DNA of 64,000 nucleotides from Staphylococcus phage AH12: the sequence record OR455461.1; one strand, written 5' to 3'. A program made the position numbers and the translations under genes. This document shows positions 40,724-50,658 of the stretch, in pieces (positions within the stretch are counted from its first letter, which is position 1; each line of letters begins with the position of its first letter). The notes below the pieces were generated by a model. The model did no database searches and had not been told where the DNA came from. It saw nothing but the letters and a program-made list of their open reading frames with translations.

Positions 40724-41188
40724 TTAAATTTCATTAATAATATTAGCTAAATATTCATTGTGATTTAATTCTATACGTCTAGATTCATCTACATTATTTT
40801 CTATATCATCTATAAAGCTATCGAAAAGATTATCAAGTAATTCAATAAATTTCTCATCAGAACCTCTTTCTTTATATCTATTTAGATAAATTTCTTTGTC
40901 AGATCGTTTAGGATAAACCACTACAAATTCTAAACCACTATCATTTAATCCTTGAATAACTTCTTTATGAGTAGATACAAAGATATAATCCATTACATTC
41001 TTAAAGTATAAGTCTCTAATGTAAGTTAAATAATTCTTTGGAAATCTAGGATCTCTAACTTTTTCTCCATCTTTTACTAACCATGAGAAGCTAGTTGAAT
41101 CTGAATCGGATGTTCTTAAGAATGTGATATTATTTTTAATATAAGATTTACCTGTACCTGGAAATGCTGCGATTATTTTAGTATTCAT
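40724..41188 (-). CDS. P-loop NTPase or nucleotide kinase-like protein
   Basis: An N-terminal Walker A motif IIAAFPGTGKSY in a 154-aa protein. Confidence 0.45.
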   Translation of the reverse strand: MNTKIIAAFPGTGKSYIKNNITFLRTSDSDSTSFSWLVKDGEKVRDPRFPKNYLTYIRDLYFKNVMDYIFVSTHKEVIQGLNDSGLEFVVVYPKRSDKEIYLNRYKERGSDEKFIELLDNLFDSFIDDIENNVDESRRIELNHNEYLANIINEI

Positions 41189-41799
41189 TTTTTAATTTCT
41201 CCTTTAATATTTAAGTTAAAGTAATCCTGAAATTCTTTTATATTATTATCAATTTCTTTATATTCTCTTGATTCTAATTTACTACTTTCATATTTGAGAA
41301 ATTCTCCATAAGTAAGTAATCTATTAGTATCAATACTGTTCTTCCAATGTTTTCTTTTCTTTCTTTCTTCAAGTTTTACTATTTTAGTAGCATCTATAAA
41401 TGATTCTCCTAGTAAAATTCCTGTTAAGTTTTTTATATTATAATACTCTATATACCAGTTTTTTTCATTTTTAAAATTATTAAAAGCTTCTTTAAAAATC
41501 TCATTATTCCCATTTAATTCAATATACCATAGAGAATAATATTTACCCTTAATTTTATATGATTGATTTAAAGCTCTATATTCTTTCATAATATTATTAT
41601 TAAAGAATATTATAGAGATAATTATCATTGGTATAAATATTAATAAAGATAATAATGCTAATTTAGTATTAATTGACGATATAAAAATAAATAATGTTAT
41701 CAGTACTGAAAATAAAATTGCATTAAATAAAAAAGGAAATATTGTTGAATTTCCATTTTTATAGATGCACCAATCAAATAGGTTTATTTTATTTTTCAT
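41185..41799 (-). CDS. Membrane protein, tandem paralogue 3 of 3
   Basis: 204 aa. NLFDWCIYKNG, then TM segments, then conserved ALNQSYKIKGKYYSLWYI and NRLLTYGEFLKYE. Confidence 0.5.
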   Translation of the reverse strand: MKNKINLFDWCIYKNGNSTIFPFLFNAILFSVLITLFIFISSINTKLALLSLLIFIPMIIISIIFFNNNIMKEYRALNQSYKIKGKYYSLWYIELNGNNEIFKEAFNNFKNEKNWYIEYYNIKNLTGILLGESFIDATKIVKLEERKKRKHWKNSIDTNRLLTYGEFLKYESSKLESREYKEIDNNIKEFQDYFNLNIKGEIKK

Positions 41800-41806
41800 T
41801 TTATTA

Positions 41807-42424
41807 TCATTCCCCTTTAGTGTTTAAATTATAGTAATCTTGAAATTCTTTTATTTCTCGTTCCATATCATTTAATTTTTCAATTTTAAGTTTATTCTTT
41901 TTATATTTAAGGAATTCTCTATAAGTGAGTAATCTATTAGTATCAATATTGTTCTTCCAATGTTCTCTATTTTCTCTGACTGCATATTCCACTATTTTAG
42001 TATCTTTTATAAAGAATCCTTCTAGTAAAATTCCTGATAAGTTTTTTATATTATGATCCTCTATATACCAGTTTTTTTCATTTTTAAAATTATTAAAAGC
42101 TTCTTTAAATAACTCATTATTTTCATTTAAACTAATATACCATAGAGAATAATATTTACCTTTGATTTTATATGATTGATTTAAAGCTGTATATTCTTCC
42201 GAATTTTCATCATTTATACACTTAATCATTTTACGTGATATTATAAATATTATTAAAGATATTAAAGGTGAAAATAGAATTACACTTATATTAAAACTAA
42301 ATATAGAAATTATAGGTATAACTATTGCTAAAGATGTTAATAAAATATCTAAGTATTCGACTATTTTGAAAATCTCATTTCTTGTATATAAATTCCAATC
42401 AAATCTATTTACTGTATTTTTCAT
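41807..42424 (-). CDS. Membrane protein, tandem paralogue 2 of 3
   Basis: 205 aa. NRFDWNLY...ALNQSYKIKGKYYSLWYI...NRLLTYREFLKYKKNKL. Confidence 0.5.
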   Translation of the reverse strand: MKNTVNRFDWNLYTRNEIFKIVEYLDILLTSLAIVIPIISIFSFNISVILFSPLISLIIFIISRKMIKCINDENSEEYTALNQSYKIKGKYYSLWYISLNENNELFKEAFNNFKNEKNWYIEDHNIKNLSGILLEGFFIKDTKIVEYAVRENREHWKNNIDTNRLLTYREFLKYKKNKLKIEKLNDMEREIKEFQDYYNLNTKGE

Positions 42425-42974
42425 TTAGTGTATCACCTCTTATTTTTAAATTAAGATGTTCTTTAAATTCTTTTATATACTTATCCAACTTAATATTTTC
42501 TTCTAATTTTAACATATTCTTTCTATATTTAATAAATTCTCTATAAGTTAGTAATCTATTTTTACCTGTATTATTTTTCCAGTTATATCTATCCAATTCC
42601 CTTAAATTAAATTTACTAATATTGAAAATAATTTTATTCAATTCGTGAAGTTCTTTTTCAGTTTCAATAACTCCTGTCATGTTAAAAAACCATCTAGAGT
42701 AATAATTTCCTTTTATTTCATAAGAAAAATTTATAAATTTGTATTCTGACATAATCTCATCATTAAAATATTTCAAGTATATAAATGTAGAAATTATTAA
42801 TATAGGGATAAAAATTGATAAAGATAATAAAAATAGATTGATACTATATAGTAAAGATAAAAAGGATATTAAAATTGACAAAATAAATATTGATGTGAAA
42901 CATCTGAAGGGGATTATTGCATCTTTACCTTTTCTATAAATATGCCAATCAAATAGATTCACTGTTTTTCTCAT
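42405..42974 (-). CDS. Membrane protein, tandem paralogue 1 of 3 (start at the internal Met)
   Basis: MRKTVNLFDWHIYRKG, then TM segments, then NRLLTYREFIKYRKNML. The longer 42405..43019 ORF overlaps the upstream gene. Confidence 0.45.
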   Translation of the reverse strand: MRKTVNLFDWHIYRKGKDAIIPFRCFTSIFILSILISFLSLLYSINLFLLSLSIFIPILIISTFIYLKYFNDEIMSEYKFINFSYEIKGNYYSRWFFNMTGVIETEKELHELNKIIFNISKFNLRELDRYNWKNNTGKNRLLTYREFIKYRKNMLKLEENIKLDKYIKEFKEHLNLKIRGDTLNEKYSK

Positions 42975-42981
42975 TTTATTA

Positions 42982-43176
42982 TCACTCACCTTTCTTTTTT
43001 CTATAAAATGTTCTTCCATGCATTGTTTCGTAGTATTTAATAATATTAGTAATGCATCCCCTACTCACATTAAATCTTTTTGCAAATTGATCTAATGTTT
43101 TCCAATTATTATGAACTATATATTGCATTATTTCTTTTCTTTCTTTAGGTGTGAATTTATAATTTCTTCCAGACAT
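42982..43176 (-). CDS. Small HTH DNA-binding protein
   Basis: 64 aa. TLDQFAKRFNVSRGCITNIIKY is helix-turn-helix-like. Confidence 0.4.
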   Translation of the reverse strand: MSGRNYKFTPKERKEIMQYIVHNNWKTLDQFAKRFNVSRGCITNIIKYYETMHGRTFYRKKKGE

Positions 43177-43191
43177 AATTAAACTTCTCCT

Positions 43192-43698
43192 TTAATAAGC
43201 AATATATAATTTCTTAGCCTGTTTATTACTGATATTGTATTTATCTTTGAGTCTATTAACTTCATCCATTAATAAATTAATCGTATCCATATCAAGATCA
43301 TGGCCCTTCTTATTTACTTTCTTAAAATATTCAAATTCAATAACAGATTTAATAATTTCACAAGCTCTTTCATCATCAGCTTTCTTAATCATGAAAGTCT
43401 CTAACATATCTTGAATGTCTTCATTAAGCGTATACTTGATTTCTTTTTCATTATTAACTTTAAAAATTAATTTTATTTTCAATGAAGGATCATAGAATTT
43501 TTCTATTTCTTTAAATTCAGCTGTATTATTTTCAAACTCCCATCCAGATAATAGATTATCTTTTAAAAATCTTAAATTGATTACTAGATCTTGATTTAAC
43601 ACTTTTAACATCGCCTCTTCCATATATTTTGTTTTCATTAATTCGTTATTAATAATATCTTGGTTAATTTCAATATCTTTATTTTTTAACATATCCAT
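43192..43698 (-). CDS. Hypothetical protein
   Basis: 168-aa ORF. Confidence 0.45.
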   Translation of the reverse strand: MDMLKNKDIEINQDIINNELMKTKYMEEAMLKVLNQDLVINLRFLKDNLLSGWEFENNTAEFKEIEKFYDPSLKIKLIFKVNNEKEIKYTLNEDIQDMLETFMIKKADDERACEIIKSVIEFEYFKKVNKKGHDLDMDTINLLMDEVNRLKDKYNISNKQAKKLYIAY

Positions 43699-43764
43699 TT
43701 CAACTCCTGATTAAGTAATTAAATAATCCCAATGAGAATAATACATCTCATTGGGATATTATAT

Positions 43765-44295
43765 TTATAATTTTTTATATTCCTTAAATAATTCATCTAA
43801 TTCATTATCTTTATATTCACTTACTCTTTCTTTTAAGTTCTTTTCTTTATTTAATTTCTCCATTCTTATTTTCATTAATTTTTCTAATTTTTCTTTTTTG
43901 TTATCTTTAGAAATATATTCAACATGTGTTGTTAATTCATTATCAAAGAATGTTATAATATTTTTATATTCAAAAGATTCACCTTCTTGATTAATTCTTT
44001 GATCTAAATCGTCTACAGAGTTTACATATTCTGATTGTATAAATTCTTCTTCATCCATAATTTTTAATACTTTAACAGCTTTAACTGAACTTGCAAATTT
44101 TTCTAAATCTTCTTTATAAACTCCCTCACCATTTAAATTAACTTCACTTAAATTTAAATTAGAAACCAATGCATATTTATGGAAATAAGAATTTTCTTTT
44201 TCTAATAAATATTCTGGTATTTTATAAATATACTCTCTTCCTTTAAACTCTTTTTGACTTTGAAATTGTACTACTCCATAATAGTTATTTTCCAT
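43765..44295 (-). CDS. Hypothetical protein
   Basis: 176-aa ORF with a charged, coiled-coil-like C-terminus. Confidence 0.45.
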   Translation of the reverse strand: MENNYYGVVQFQSQKEFKGREYIYKIPEYLLEKENSYFHKYALVSNLNLSEVNLNGEGVYKEDLEKFASSVKAVKVLKIMDEEEFIQSEYVNSVDDLDQRINQEGESFEYKNIITFFDNELTTHVEYISKDNKKEKLEKLMKIRMEKLNKEKNLKERVSEYKDNELDELFKEYKKL

Positions 44296-44361
44296 GATAA
44301 AAACTCCTTTAATTTTTTTTGAGTAATATCAATTAATATTACTCATTTTTATAATATATAT

Positions 44362-45033
44362 TTAAATTTGAGATAATAGAAAGTATATAGTTAATAATCC
44401 CATTATAATATGAAAATAGAATAATTTTTTATTTATTCTTTCTTCATATACTTTAAATATTATGCTATCTAAATACTTTTCTAAGTCCTTATTATCTTTA
44501 AAATTTTCTATAAGTTCTTCAAATTTAATTATATTTCCATCTTTATCTTTCATTTCTAAATTACTAAATACATATTTCTTATTTTCAAAACTTAAATTTC
44601 CATCACTTTCTTTTATTAATTCATATTGAAATAATGTATGTCTTATCATAGGTATTAGACTCATTATAATTATAATGAATATACCCATATAAGTAATATC
44701 AGTTATCTCATAGTTTGCATTCACTATATATAAAGAGTAAAATATTATTGTATAAATAATTACATCATACCCTTTCAAAATTTTTCTTATAATTATATTT
44801 ATTATAAGTATTATAAAGAAATAATATACGATATATGATTCAACTACTTCATGGTTAAATACAAGTGAAACTATTGGAAATACTAAGCATGATAATGTTA
44901 ATACAGTTGGTAAAAACTTCTTATCTAATTTTTCTTTATATGCTGCTATAAGAATTTTAAATAAAGAAAAATAAGTAATGTATACCATTATTACAGTTAA
45001 AATTGTTACTATGATTTCTTCCACTTTATACAC
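44362..45033 (-). CDS. Polytopic membrane protein
   Basis: 223 aa with about 5-6 hydrophobic segments. Confidence 0.5.
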   Translation of the reverse strand: MYKVEEIIVTILTVIMVYITYFSLFKILIAAYKEKLDKKFLPTVLTLSCLVFPIVSLVFNHEVVESYIVYYFFIILIINIIIRKILKGYDVIIYTIIFYSLYIVNANYEITDITYMGIFIIIIMSLIPMIRHTLFQYELIKESDGNLSFENKKYVFSNLEMKDKDGNIIKFEELIENFKDNKDLEKYLDSIIFKVYEERINKKLFYFHIIMGLLTIYFLLSQI

Positions 45034-45099
45034 TTCTTTCTTGTAAAAAAATAATTAATGAAGATCATGGATCTATGAAAAGATCCATGATCAAATAAT

Positions 45100-45342
45100 T
45101 TAAATGCCTTTTGTTATATTGAGAAATAAGTCTAGATCATCATTGTATTCATCTATAATAACTACTTTGGTTAATTCACTATGATGATTTTTATACACTT
45201 CAATTTCATCAAATTCATTTAATTTAATAAATTTAGGACCTGATGGTACATGTATAATGAAACTATCATATACGCTAGTTAAACCTAAATTTGAAATAAA
45301 TCTATTAAATACTTCTTCTTTTCTAGTTAATGTTTTAATCAT
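45100..45342 (-). CDS. Small hypothetical protein
   Basis: 80-aa ORF. Confidence 0.4.
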   Translation of the reverse strand: MIKTLTRKEEVFNRFISNLGLTSVYDSFIIHVPSGPKFIKLNEFDEIEVYKNHHSELTKVVIIDEYNDDLDLFLNITKGI

Positions 45343-45366
45343 TTTTTTTCTCCTTTATAATTTATA

Positions 45367-45798
45367 TTATTCTTCTTCAAATAATTCTGGGTCTGTTTCT
45401 GGAGTGATTTCTCTTGAAGTGCTTCCTGGTTCACCTGGTGATTTAACTTCACCTTCTGCTGCTAACTCTTCTTCACGACCATTAGCTGAATATACTGGCT
45501 CTTCTGTTGTTTCATTTTGTTGAACTTCATTACTAGTGTCTACATTGTTATTTTCTTCTACATTGTTATTTGTAGTTTGTTGATTATTTTCATTTGTAAC
45601 TTGTTGTTGAGATTCTGTATTTTGCTGTTGTTCTTTTTCTTTCTTATTCTCTTTTTCCTTTTTAACTTCTTTTTGTTCAGTTTGTAATTTTTGTTTTTCT
45701 AATTGTAAATCCTTATAACTTGTATATGCGAATAAAGCTACTACGAATAATGCTGCTACTAATACAATTGCACCTAAACTTATTAATAATTTTTTCAT
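45367..45798 (-). CDS. N-terminally anchored or secreted low-complexity protein, tandem paralogue
   Basis: MKKLLISLGAIVLVAALFVVALFAYTSYKDL, then a Q/N/E/T-rich low-complexity body. Confidence 0.5.
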   Translation of the reverse strand: MKKLLISLGAIVLVAALFVVALFAYTSYKDLQLEKQKLQTEQKEVKKEKENKKEKEQQQNTESQQQVTNENNQQTTNNNVEENNNVDTSNEVQQNETTEEPVYSANGREEELAAEGEVKSPGEPGSTSREITPETDPELFEEE

Positions 45799-45825
45799 AA
45801 TAATTTCCTCTTTTCTAATTTATTT

Positions 45826-46299
45826 TTAGTTTGCCCATTCTTTAATGATGTCTGGGTTATTGTTTACTTCTTCTCTGATACTATCTACATATTCATTACC
45901 ACGTTGTGCTTCTACTTTCCCTTCAGTAATAGCTCTGTCGTTTTCATCCATGTAAGTCATATAGTATTCCATTAATTCTTCATCACTCATAGTACCAATA
46001 TCTGTATTAACTTCATTACTAGTGTCTACATTATTATTTTCTTCTTGACTTGGAGTTTCTTCTTGACTTGGAGTTTCTTCTTGAGCTACTTGTTCTTGAT
46101 CGTTATTTGTTTGTGTGTTACTTACTGTTTCTTGATTTTTACTTTCTTCAGAATCTTTTTGATTATTTTCTTGAGATACTTTATTTTGCTCTTCTTGAGT
46201 TTCATTTAGATCTTTATATACTGAATAACCAAATAATACTGTTGCTCCCAATACTGCTAATAATACTAATACACCTAATACACCTAATAATTTTTTCAT
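45826..46299 (-). CDS. N-terminally anchored or secreted low-complexity protein, tandem paralogue
   Basis: MKKLLGVLGVLVLLAVLGATVLFGYSVYKDL, then a Q/E/S/N-rich body. Confidence 0.5.
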   Translation of the reverse strand: MKKLLGVLGVLVLLAVLGATVLFGYSVYKDLNETQEEQNKVSQENNQKDSEESKNQETVSNTQTNNDQEQVAQEETPSQEETPSQEENNNVDTSNEVNTDIGTMSDEELMEYYMTYMDENDRAITEGKVEAQRGNEYVDSIREEVNNNPDIIKEWAN

Positions 46300-46337
46300 A
46301 ATAATTTTCCTCTTTTCATTTTATTTATTTTATTTAA

Positions 46338-46946
46338 TTAAATACCTTCGCCTGGTTCTGGAATTTCTCCTCTTGATGCTTTTTCATACATCTCTTTTTG
46401 CTTTTCATATTCTTCATCCATGTCTTCTTCTTCATCACCACTATGTTTTTCTTCTTCGCTTAATTCATATTTTTTATGGTTTTCAGGGTTTGCCATCTCA
46501 GGTGAAATTGGTTGGAACTTACCTTCTTCAGTTAATCTATTTAACTCTGGAGTCATTTCATCTGTTGTAGCAATTCCATCTCCATTTTTATCAGCCTTAC
46601 GAATTGCTTCACTTACGATTTCAACGTCATCTTCTTTTGGTTGATCAACGTTATCACTGTTATCTACTTCTTGAGTATCTTCAACGCTAATATTATCCTC
46701 TGTTGAATCTGAACTTTGTTCTGTTTCTAAAGATTGATTCTCTTCGTTGTTTACTTCATTGTTTACTTCGTTGTTTACTTCCTTTTTATTTTTATTAGGT
46801 TTTTCTTTAACTTCTTGTTTTTGTTCTGTTTTTAATTCTTTATCGTTACTTTTTATATTCTTATATTGACTGTATCCAAATAAAACTGTTACACCTAATA
46901 CTGCTAATAATACTATTACACCTAATACACCTAATAATTTTTTCAT
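46338..46946 (-). CDS. N-terminally anchored or secreted low-complexity protein, tandem paralogue
   Basis: MKKLLGVLGVIVLLAVLGVTVLFGYSQYKNI, with (VNNE)n repeats and an acidic C-terminus. Confidence 0.5.
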   Translation of the reverse strand: MKKLLGVLGVIVLLAVLGVTVLFGYSQYKNIKSNDKELKTEQKQEVKEKPNKNKKEVNNEVNNEVNNEENQSLETEQSSDSTEDNISVEDTQEVDNSDNVDQPKEDDVEIVSEAIRKADKNGDGIATTDEMTPELNRLTEEGKFQPISPEMANPENHKKYELSEEEKHSGDEEEDMDEEYEKQKEMYEKASRGEIPEPGEGI

Positions 46947-47158
46947 AATAATTCCACCTTTACCTTTTAATTTTTAATATGTAGAGTGGATCATAGAAAT
47001 AATCTACTCTTTTAAATCTATTTATCTTCATTGTTATTATTGAAGACTTCTTTCATAAATTTGAAACAACCTGTTGCTTTCATGAATACAAGTAACACGA
47101 TGATTGTAATAAAGTTTGCGATTAACATATCCGATACACCTCCTTATAGTTTAATTGA

Positions 47159-47356
47159 TTATTTCCAAAAATTTCCTTTTCTAATTTCTCCTACTGTATA
47201 ATTAATTAATAATGATATTGCTGCTAGTACTAATCCAAGTGCTAAAGATTTTCCTTCTACGTATCCAATCATTTCTCCTATGATAAAACCAAGTATAAGA
47301 GTAAACCAAAATAATATCCATGGCTTTAGTTTCAATAATCTTTTTTCTTCATTCAT
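47159..47356 (-). CDS. Small membrane protein
   Basis: 65 aa with two hydrophobic segments. Confidence 0.4.
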   Translation of the reverse strand: MNEEKRLLKLKPWILFWFTLILGFIIGEMIGYVEGKSLALGLVLAAISLLINYTVGEIRKGNFWK

Positions 47357-47592
47357 TATCTAAACACATCTCCTTTATCATTATTCACTCTAATATAATA
47401 CACTTTATTACTTTCTTGGATTTTAGATTTTCTTTCATCTCCAATTACATAATTAATTGCTATAGTAATTAATGGTGTTAACATAGAAATTGTAGCTCCT
47501 ACAAAGAAATCATTTGACATTAAACCAATAGTTGAACCTAATATCATACCTACAACTAACGCCCATTCAGTTTTTAATCTTAAAATTTTCAT
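47356..47592 (-). CDS. Small membrane protein
   Basis: 78 aa with two hydrophobic segments. Overlapping stop and start with the downstream gene. Confidence 0.4.
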   Translation of the reverse strand: MKILRLKTEWALVVGMILGSTIGLMSNDFFVGATISMLTPLITIAINYVIGDERKSKIQESNKVYYIRVNNDKGDVFR

Positions 47593-47613
47593 AATAATTT
47601 TCCTCCATTTATA

Positions 47614-47937
47614 TTATTGAATTACTAATTCTTCTTCTTTCCATAGATTATGCTCTTCTTTACCTTGGAAAGATTGATGTAATCTTCCAGCTTTAGAATA
47701 ATCACTTTTACTTTTATACTCTTTAATTTTATTCTTTTTGACATTTCTCAGATATCTTTCTGATCTAATGTCAAATCTTAATTTGTCTATTTGTTTCATT
47801 AAATTTAATTTCTTTTCAAAATCTTTATTTGAAATTGTTTTGCCATTAGACCTGATTTCTTTGTCTCGTATCACTTGTAATTCTTTTTTTAGTTGTTTAA
47901 TTTTTTCTTCTCTCACCATTTTAATTACACCCCCCAT
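47614..47937 (-). CDS. Small basic protein, paralogue of 48214..48522
   Basis: Shares DYSKAGRLHQSFQGKEEH with DEFSKAGRLHRKYQKQEKH, plus a coiled-coil N-terminus. Confidence 0.45.
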   Translation of the reverse strand: MGGVIKMVREEKIKQLKKELQVIRDKEIRSNGKTISNKDFEKKLNLMKQIDKLRFDIRSERYLRNVKKNKIKEYKSKSDYSKAGRLHQSFQGKEEHNLWKEEELVIQ

Positions 47938-48213
47938 TTTCTTAATCCGAAAGCTGTAGTATCAAAGCTCTCAATCATTGAATCTATTTCTCTATAAGCC
48001 TGTTCTGATGGATATCTTACTTCATCATAGTAATTGATTAAATCCTCTTCGTTAATTTTAGTTTCCTTTTCAAATTCAATTCCATTTAATAATTCTAACA
48101 TAATAATTTCTCCTTTTAATTTTATTAGAAAGAGATTATGATAATCTCTTTCTTCATTATTATAATATATACTTATTTTAATATACGTTACGCTTTTTCA
48201 AATTCAATTGATT

Positions 48214-48522
48214 CTATGAATTATTGAATATTCTGTGTTTCTCTTGTTTCTGATATTTTCTATGAAGTCTACCTGCTTTAGAAAATTCATCTGAACCTTT
48301 GTAGATATTATCTTCATAATTTTGATCTTTAACTTTCGCTATATGTTTTTCTCTATCGAAGATGTTTTGTTCCTGTTCTACTAGTTCATTAATTTCTTTA
48401 ATTAGTCTTTCTTTTTCTTTGTAAAGTCTTTCTGTTATAGTGCTTGTTCTACTTACTCCCATATCAGAATATATGTTTTTTAATTCTTTTCTTAATTCTG
48501 CTAATTTAGTTTTGTTATTCAT
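48214..48522 (-). CDS. Small basic protein, paralogue of 47614..47937
   Basis: 102 aa containing the SKAGRLH motif. Confidence 0.45.
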   Translation of the reverse strand: MNNKTKLAELRKELKNIYSDMGVSRTSTITERLYKEKERLIKEINELVEQEQNIFDREKHIAKVKDQNYEDNIYKGSDEFSKAGRLHRKYQKQEKHRIFNNS

Positions 48523-48881
48523 TGATTTTAGCTCCTTTTTATTGTTGGATCATAGAAAATTATAGACTTAATGAACTTGATACATTATATTCATTAAGTC
48601 TTTAAAACAATTATCCTCTTTCCTCCTCTATCCTAAATTAGAAAACGGATGTCCAAACTTTATTTCTGAAGCTCTTTTAAGAACTTGTTTTTCCATTTCC
48701 TTTTCCATGATTAATTCGTCAATTTTATTGTTTAATATACCTAATACAATCCCTACTCCAAATCCTACTAATGTTTTTAATACTAATTTTTTCATAATAA
48801 TTTCTCCTTTAATTTTTATTAGAAAGATATTAATATTCTATCTTTCTTCATTATTATAATATATACTTATTTTAGTATACA

Positions 48882-49514
48882 TTACGCTTTTTCTAATATA
48901 CCTAAATCATATAAATGGTTAACCATAATATAGAATTCATCTTTATCTATATTTTCATTATTTGGTATCATTTCAAATAAATCATATTTATTTATATTAA
49001 TAATATCTACATTATCCTTATTTTTATCTAAAATACTCTCTATACGAATTGTATTGTGTAATAGATTATTTAGTTCAGGTAGATAAAAATAGATATTTTG
49101 ATACTTACAATTATCTGAATTTAACTCTATAATTAATCCATCTAGTTTGTCTTTAATGTATTTGATAACTCTATCAAATGTGCTACCGTTTGTTAATTTA
49201 AAACCAGTAGATCTGATTACTTCTTTAGTATCAAAAATATTAGATTTAACAATATCATTTAACATCATTAAATCTTCTTTCAATAATTTGATATTTAAAT
49301 TAGATTCATTAAAGTTGTTAGATTTTAATGCTTGATATCTAGATTTTTCTAAATAGTAAATAATGAAATTGTAATAATCTTTTAACGGTTTATAAGATAT
49401 ATATTCTTCATTAATAATATCCATATACTCATTTATTAGTTTTGTATAACTATCATTCGTTTTTATTTCTTTAATATTTGTTACTAGTTCATTGACTTTA
49501 ATCATACATACCAC
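48882..49514 (-). CDS. Hypothetical protein
   Basis: 210-aa ORF preceded by the TTCTATGATCCAAC motif. Confidence 0.45.
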   Translation of the reverse strand: MVCMIKVNELVTNIKEIKTNDSYTKLINEYMDIINEEYISYKPLKDYYNFIIYYLEKSRYQALKSNNFNESNLNIKLLKEDLMMLNDIVKSNIFDTKEVIRSTGFKLTNGSTFDRVIKYIKDKLDGLIIELNSDNCKYQNIYFYLPELNNLLHNTIRIESILDKNKDNVDIININKYDLFEMIPNNENIDKDEFYIMVNHLYDLGILEKA

Positions 49515-49545
49515 ACCTTTATTTTTATTGTTGGATCATAGAAAA

Positions 49546-49788
49546 TTACATACCTAGAAAACTAGATATAACATTTACTCGCATTTCAACTATTGATTTT
49601 ACTGTTGATGATAACATAACAAGTGATATCGCTAATATAAGTTTTGTCCTTAAGCTTAATTTTCTTTTAAATATATAATTCTCTAAATAAGTAGATAAGT
49701 ATTTAGAAATTTCAAAAGATCCAAAAGCTATCGCTATTGGTATTAGCGTGTAATATAACAAAGCGATTATTATATCTAATATAAACAT
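49546..49788 (-). CDS. Small membrane protein
   Basis: 80 aa with two hydrophobic segments. The promoter-like motif lies upstream. Confidence 0.4.
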   Translation of the reverse strand: MFILDIIIALLYYTLIPIAIAFGSFEISKYLSTYLENYIFKRKLSLRTKLILAISLVMLSSTVKSIVEMRVNVISSFLGM

Positions 49789-49871
49789 TGATTCATCTCC
49801 TTTTTATTTATTTAAAATATATTATTATATATCTTCATTATTATAATATATATTTAAATTAATGATAATTA

Positions 49872-49920
49872 CGAAAAAAAAAATATTAGAGGTAACGATC
49901 ATTAATTTGATCGTTACCTC
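49872..49920 (-). terminator. Rho-independent terminator; member of the GAGGTAATGA hairpin family
   Basis: GAGGTAACGATCATTAATTTGATCGTTACCTC. On the minus strand it is followed by TAATATTTTTTTTTTCG. Confidence 0.55.
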
Positions 49921-50639
49921 AATTTTATTAATTCTTTTATTACTGTATAAATATTAATATTGAAACCTTTAAATATAATTACAATCATATTCCATATTAA
50001 TAATAATATTTGAACTGATATAATTATATATTTTTCATTGATATTGTTATTAATATTGTAATGTGATAATTCAAAATTTATTGTATTCATATTTAAAATT
50101 AATATTGAAAATATTAATGGAAATAAAGAAAAGAATGAGGCAAAAGTAACTCTCATACTTTTATCTTTATAAATTCCATAATCTGAAGAATAATGTAATA
50201 CCGTTATTATAAGCAGTATCATTATAAAAAACATAAATACTGAATTTAATATAGAAGAATCTGATATTAATAAACCAAATAAAAATATATTAGCAACAAT
50301 AAATATTCTTAAAATACTTTTCATTTTAATAAAGCCAACAAATACTAAACCTAATATTGTATCAATAAGTATTGCACTTAATATTACGATTAAAATACTC
50401 CAATCCCATATTAAATTTCCATATGAAGATATATCATCAATTATAATTTGTAAAAATATTATTAATAATAAACTTAAATAAACTGTAAAAGAAACTGGAG
50501 TAATGTCATATATACTACTCTTTTTATCTTTTATACTCTTATAGGTATAAAAATAAAATGTAATATATACTGATATTAATAAGAAAGGTATATTCAATAT
50601 CAATGATATAAAATTTAATTTATTTATTAAATCCATCAT
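49914..50639 (-). CDS. Polytopic membrane protein (about 7 TM)
   Basis: 241 aa, very hydrophobic. Confidence 0.5.
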   Translation of the reverse strand: MMDLINKLNFISLILNIPFLLISVYITFYFYTYKSIKDKKSSIYDITPVSFTVYLSLLLIIFLQIIIDDISSYGNLIWDWSILIVILSAILIDTILGLVFVGFIKMKSILRIFIVANIFLFGLLISDSSILNSVFMFFIMILLIITVLHYSSDYGIYKDKSMRVTFASFFSLFPLIFSILILNMNTINFELSHYNINNNINEKYIIISVQILLLIWNMIVIIFKGFNINIYTVIKELIKLR

Positions 50640-50658
50640 AATTTAAAACACATTCTTT

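Noticed and set aside
46050-46644. Plus-strand ORFs within the anchored-protein gene cluster (46050..46301, 46373..46570, 46420..46644)
   Set aside because: They are antisense to tandem minus-strand genes that have signal-peptide-like N-termini and are low-complexity translations.
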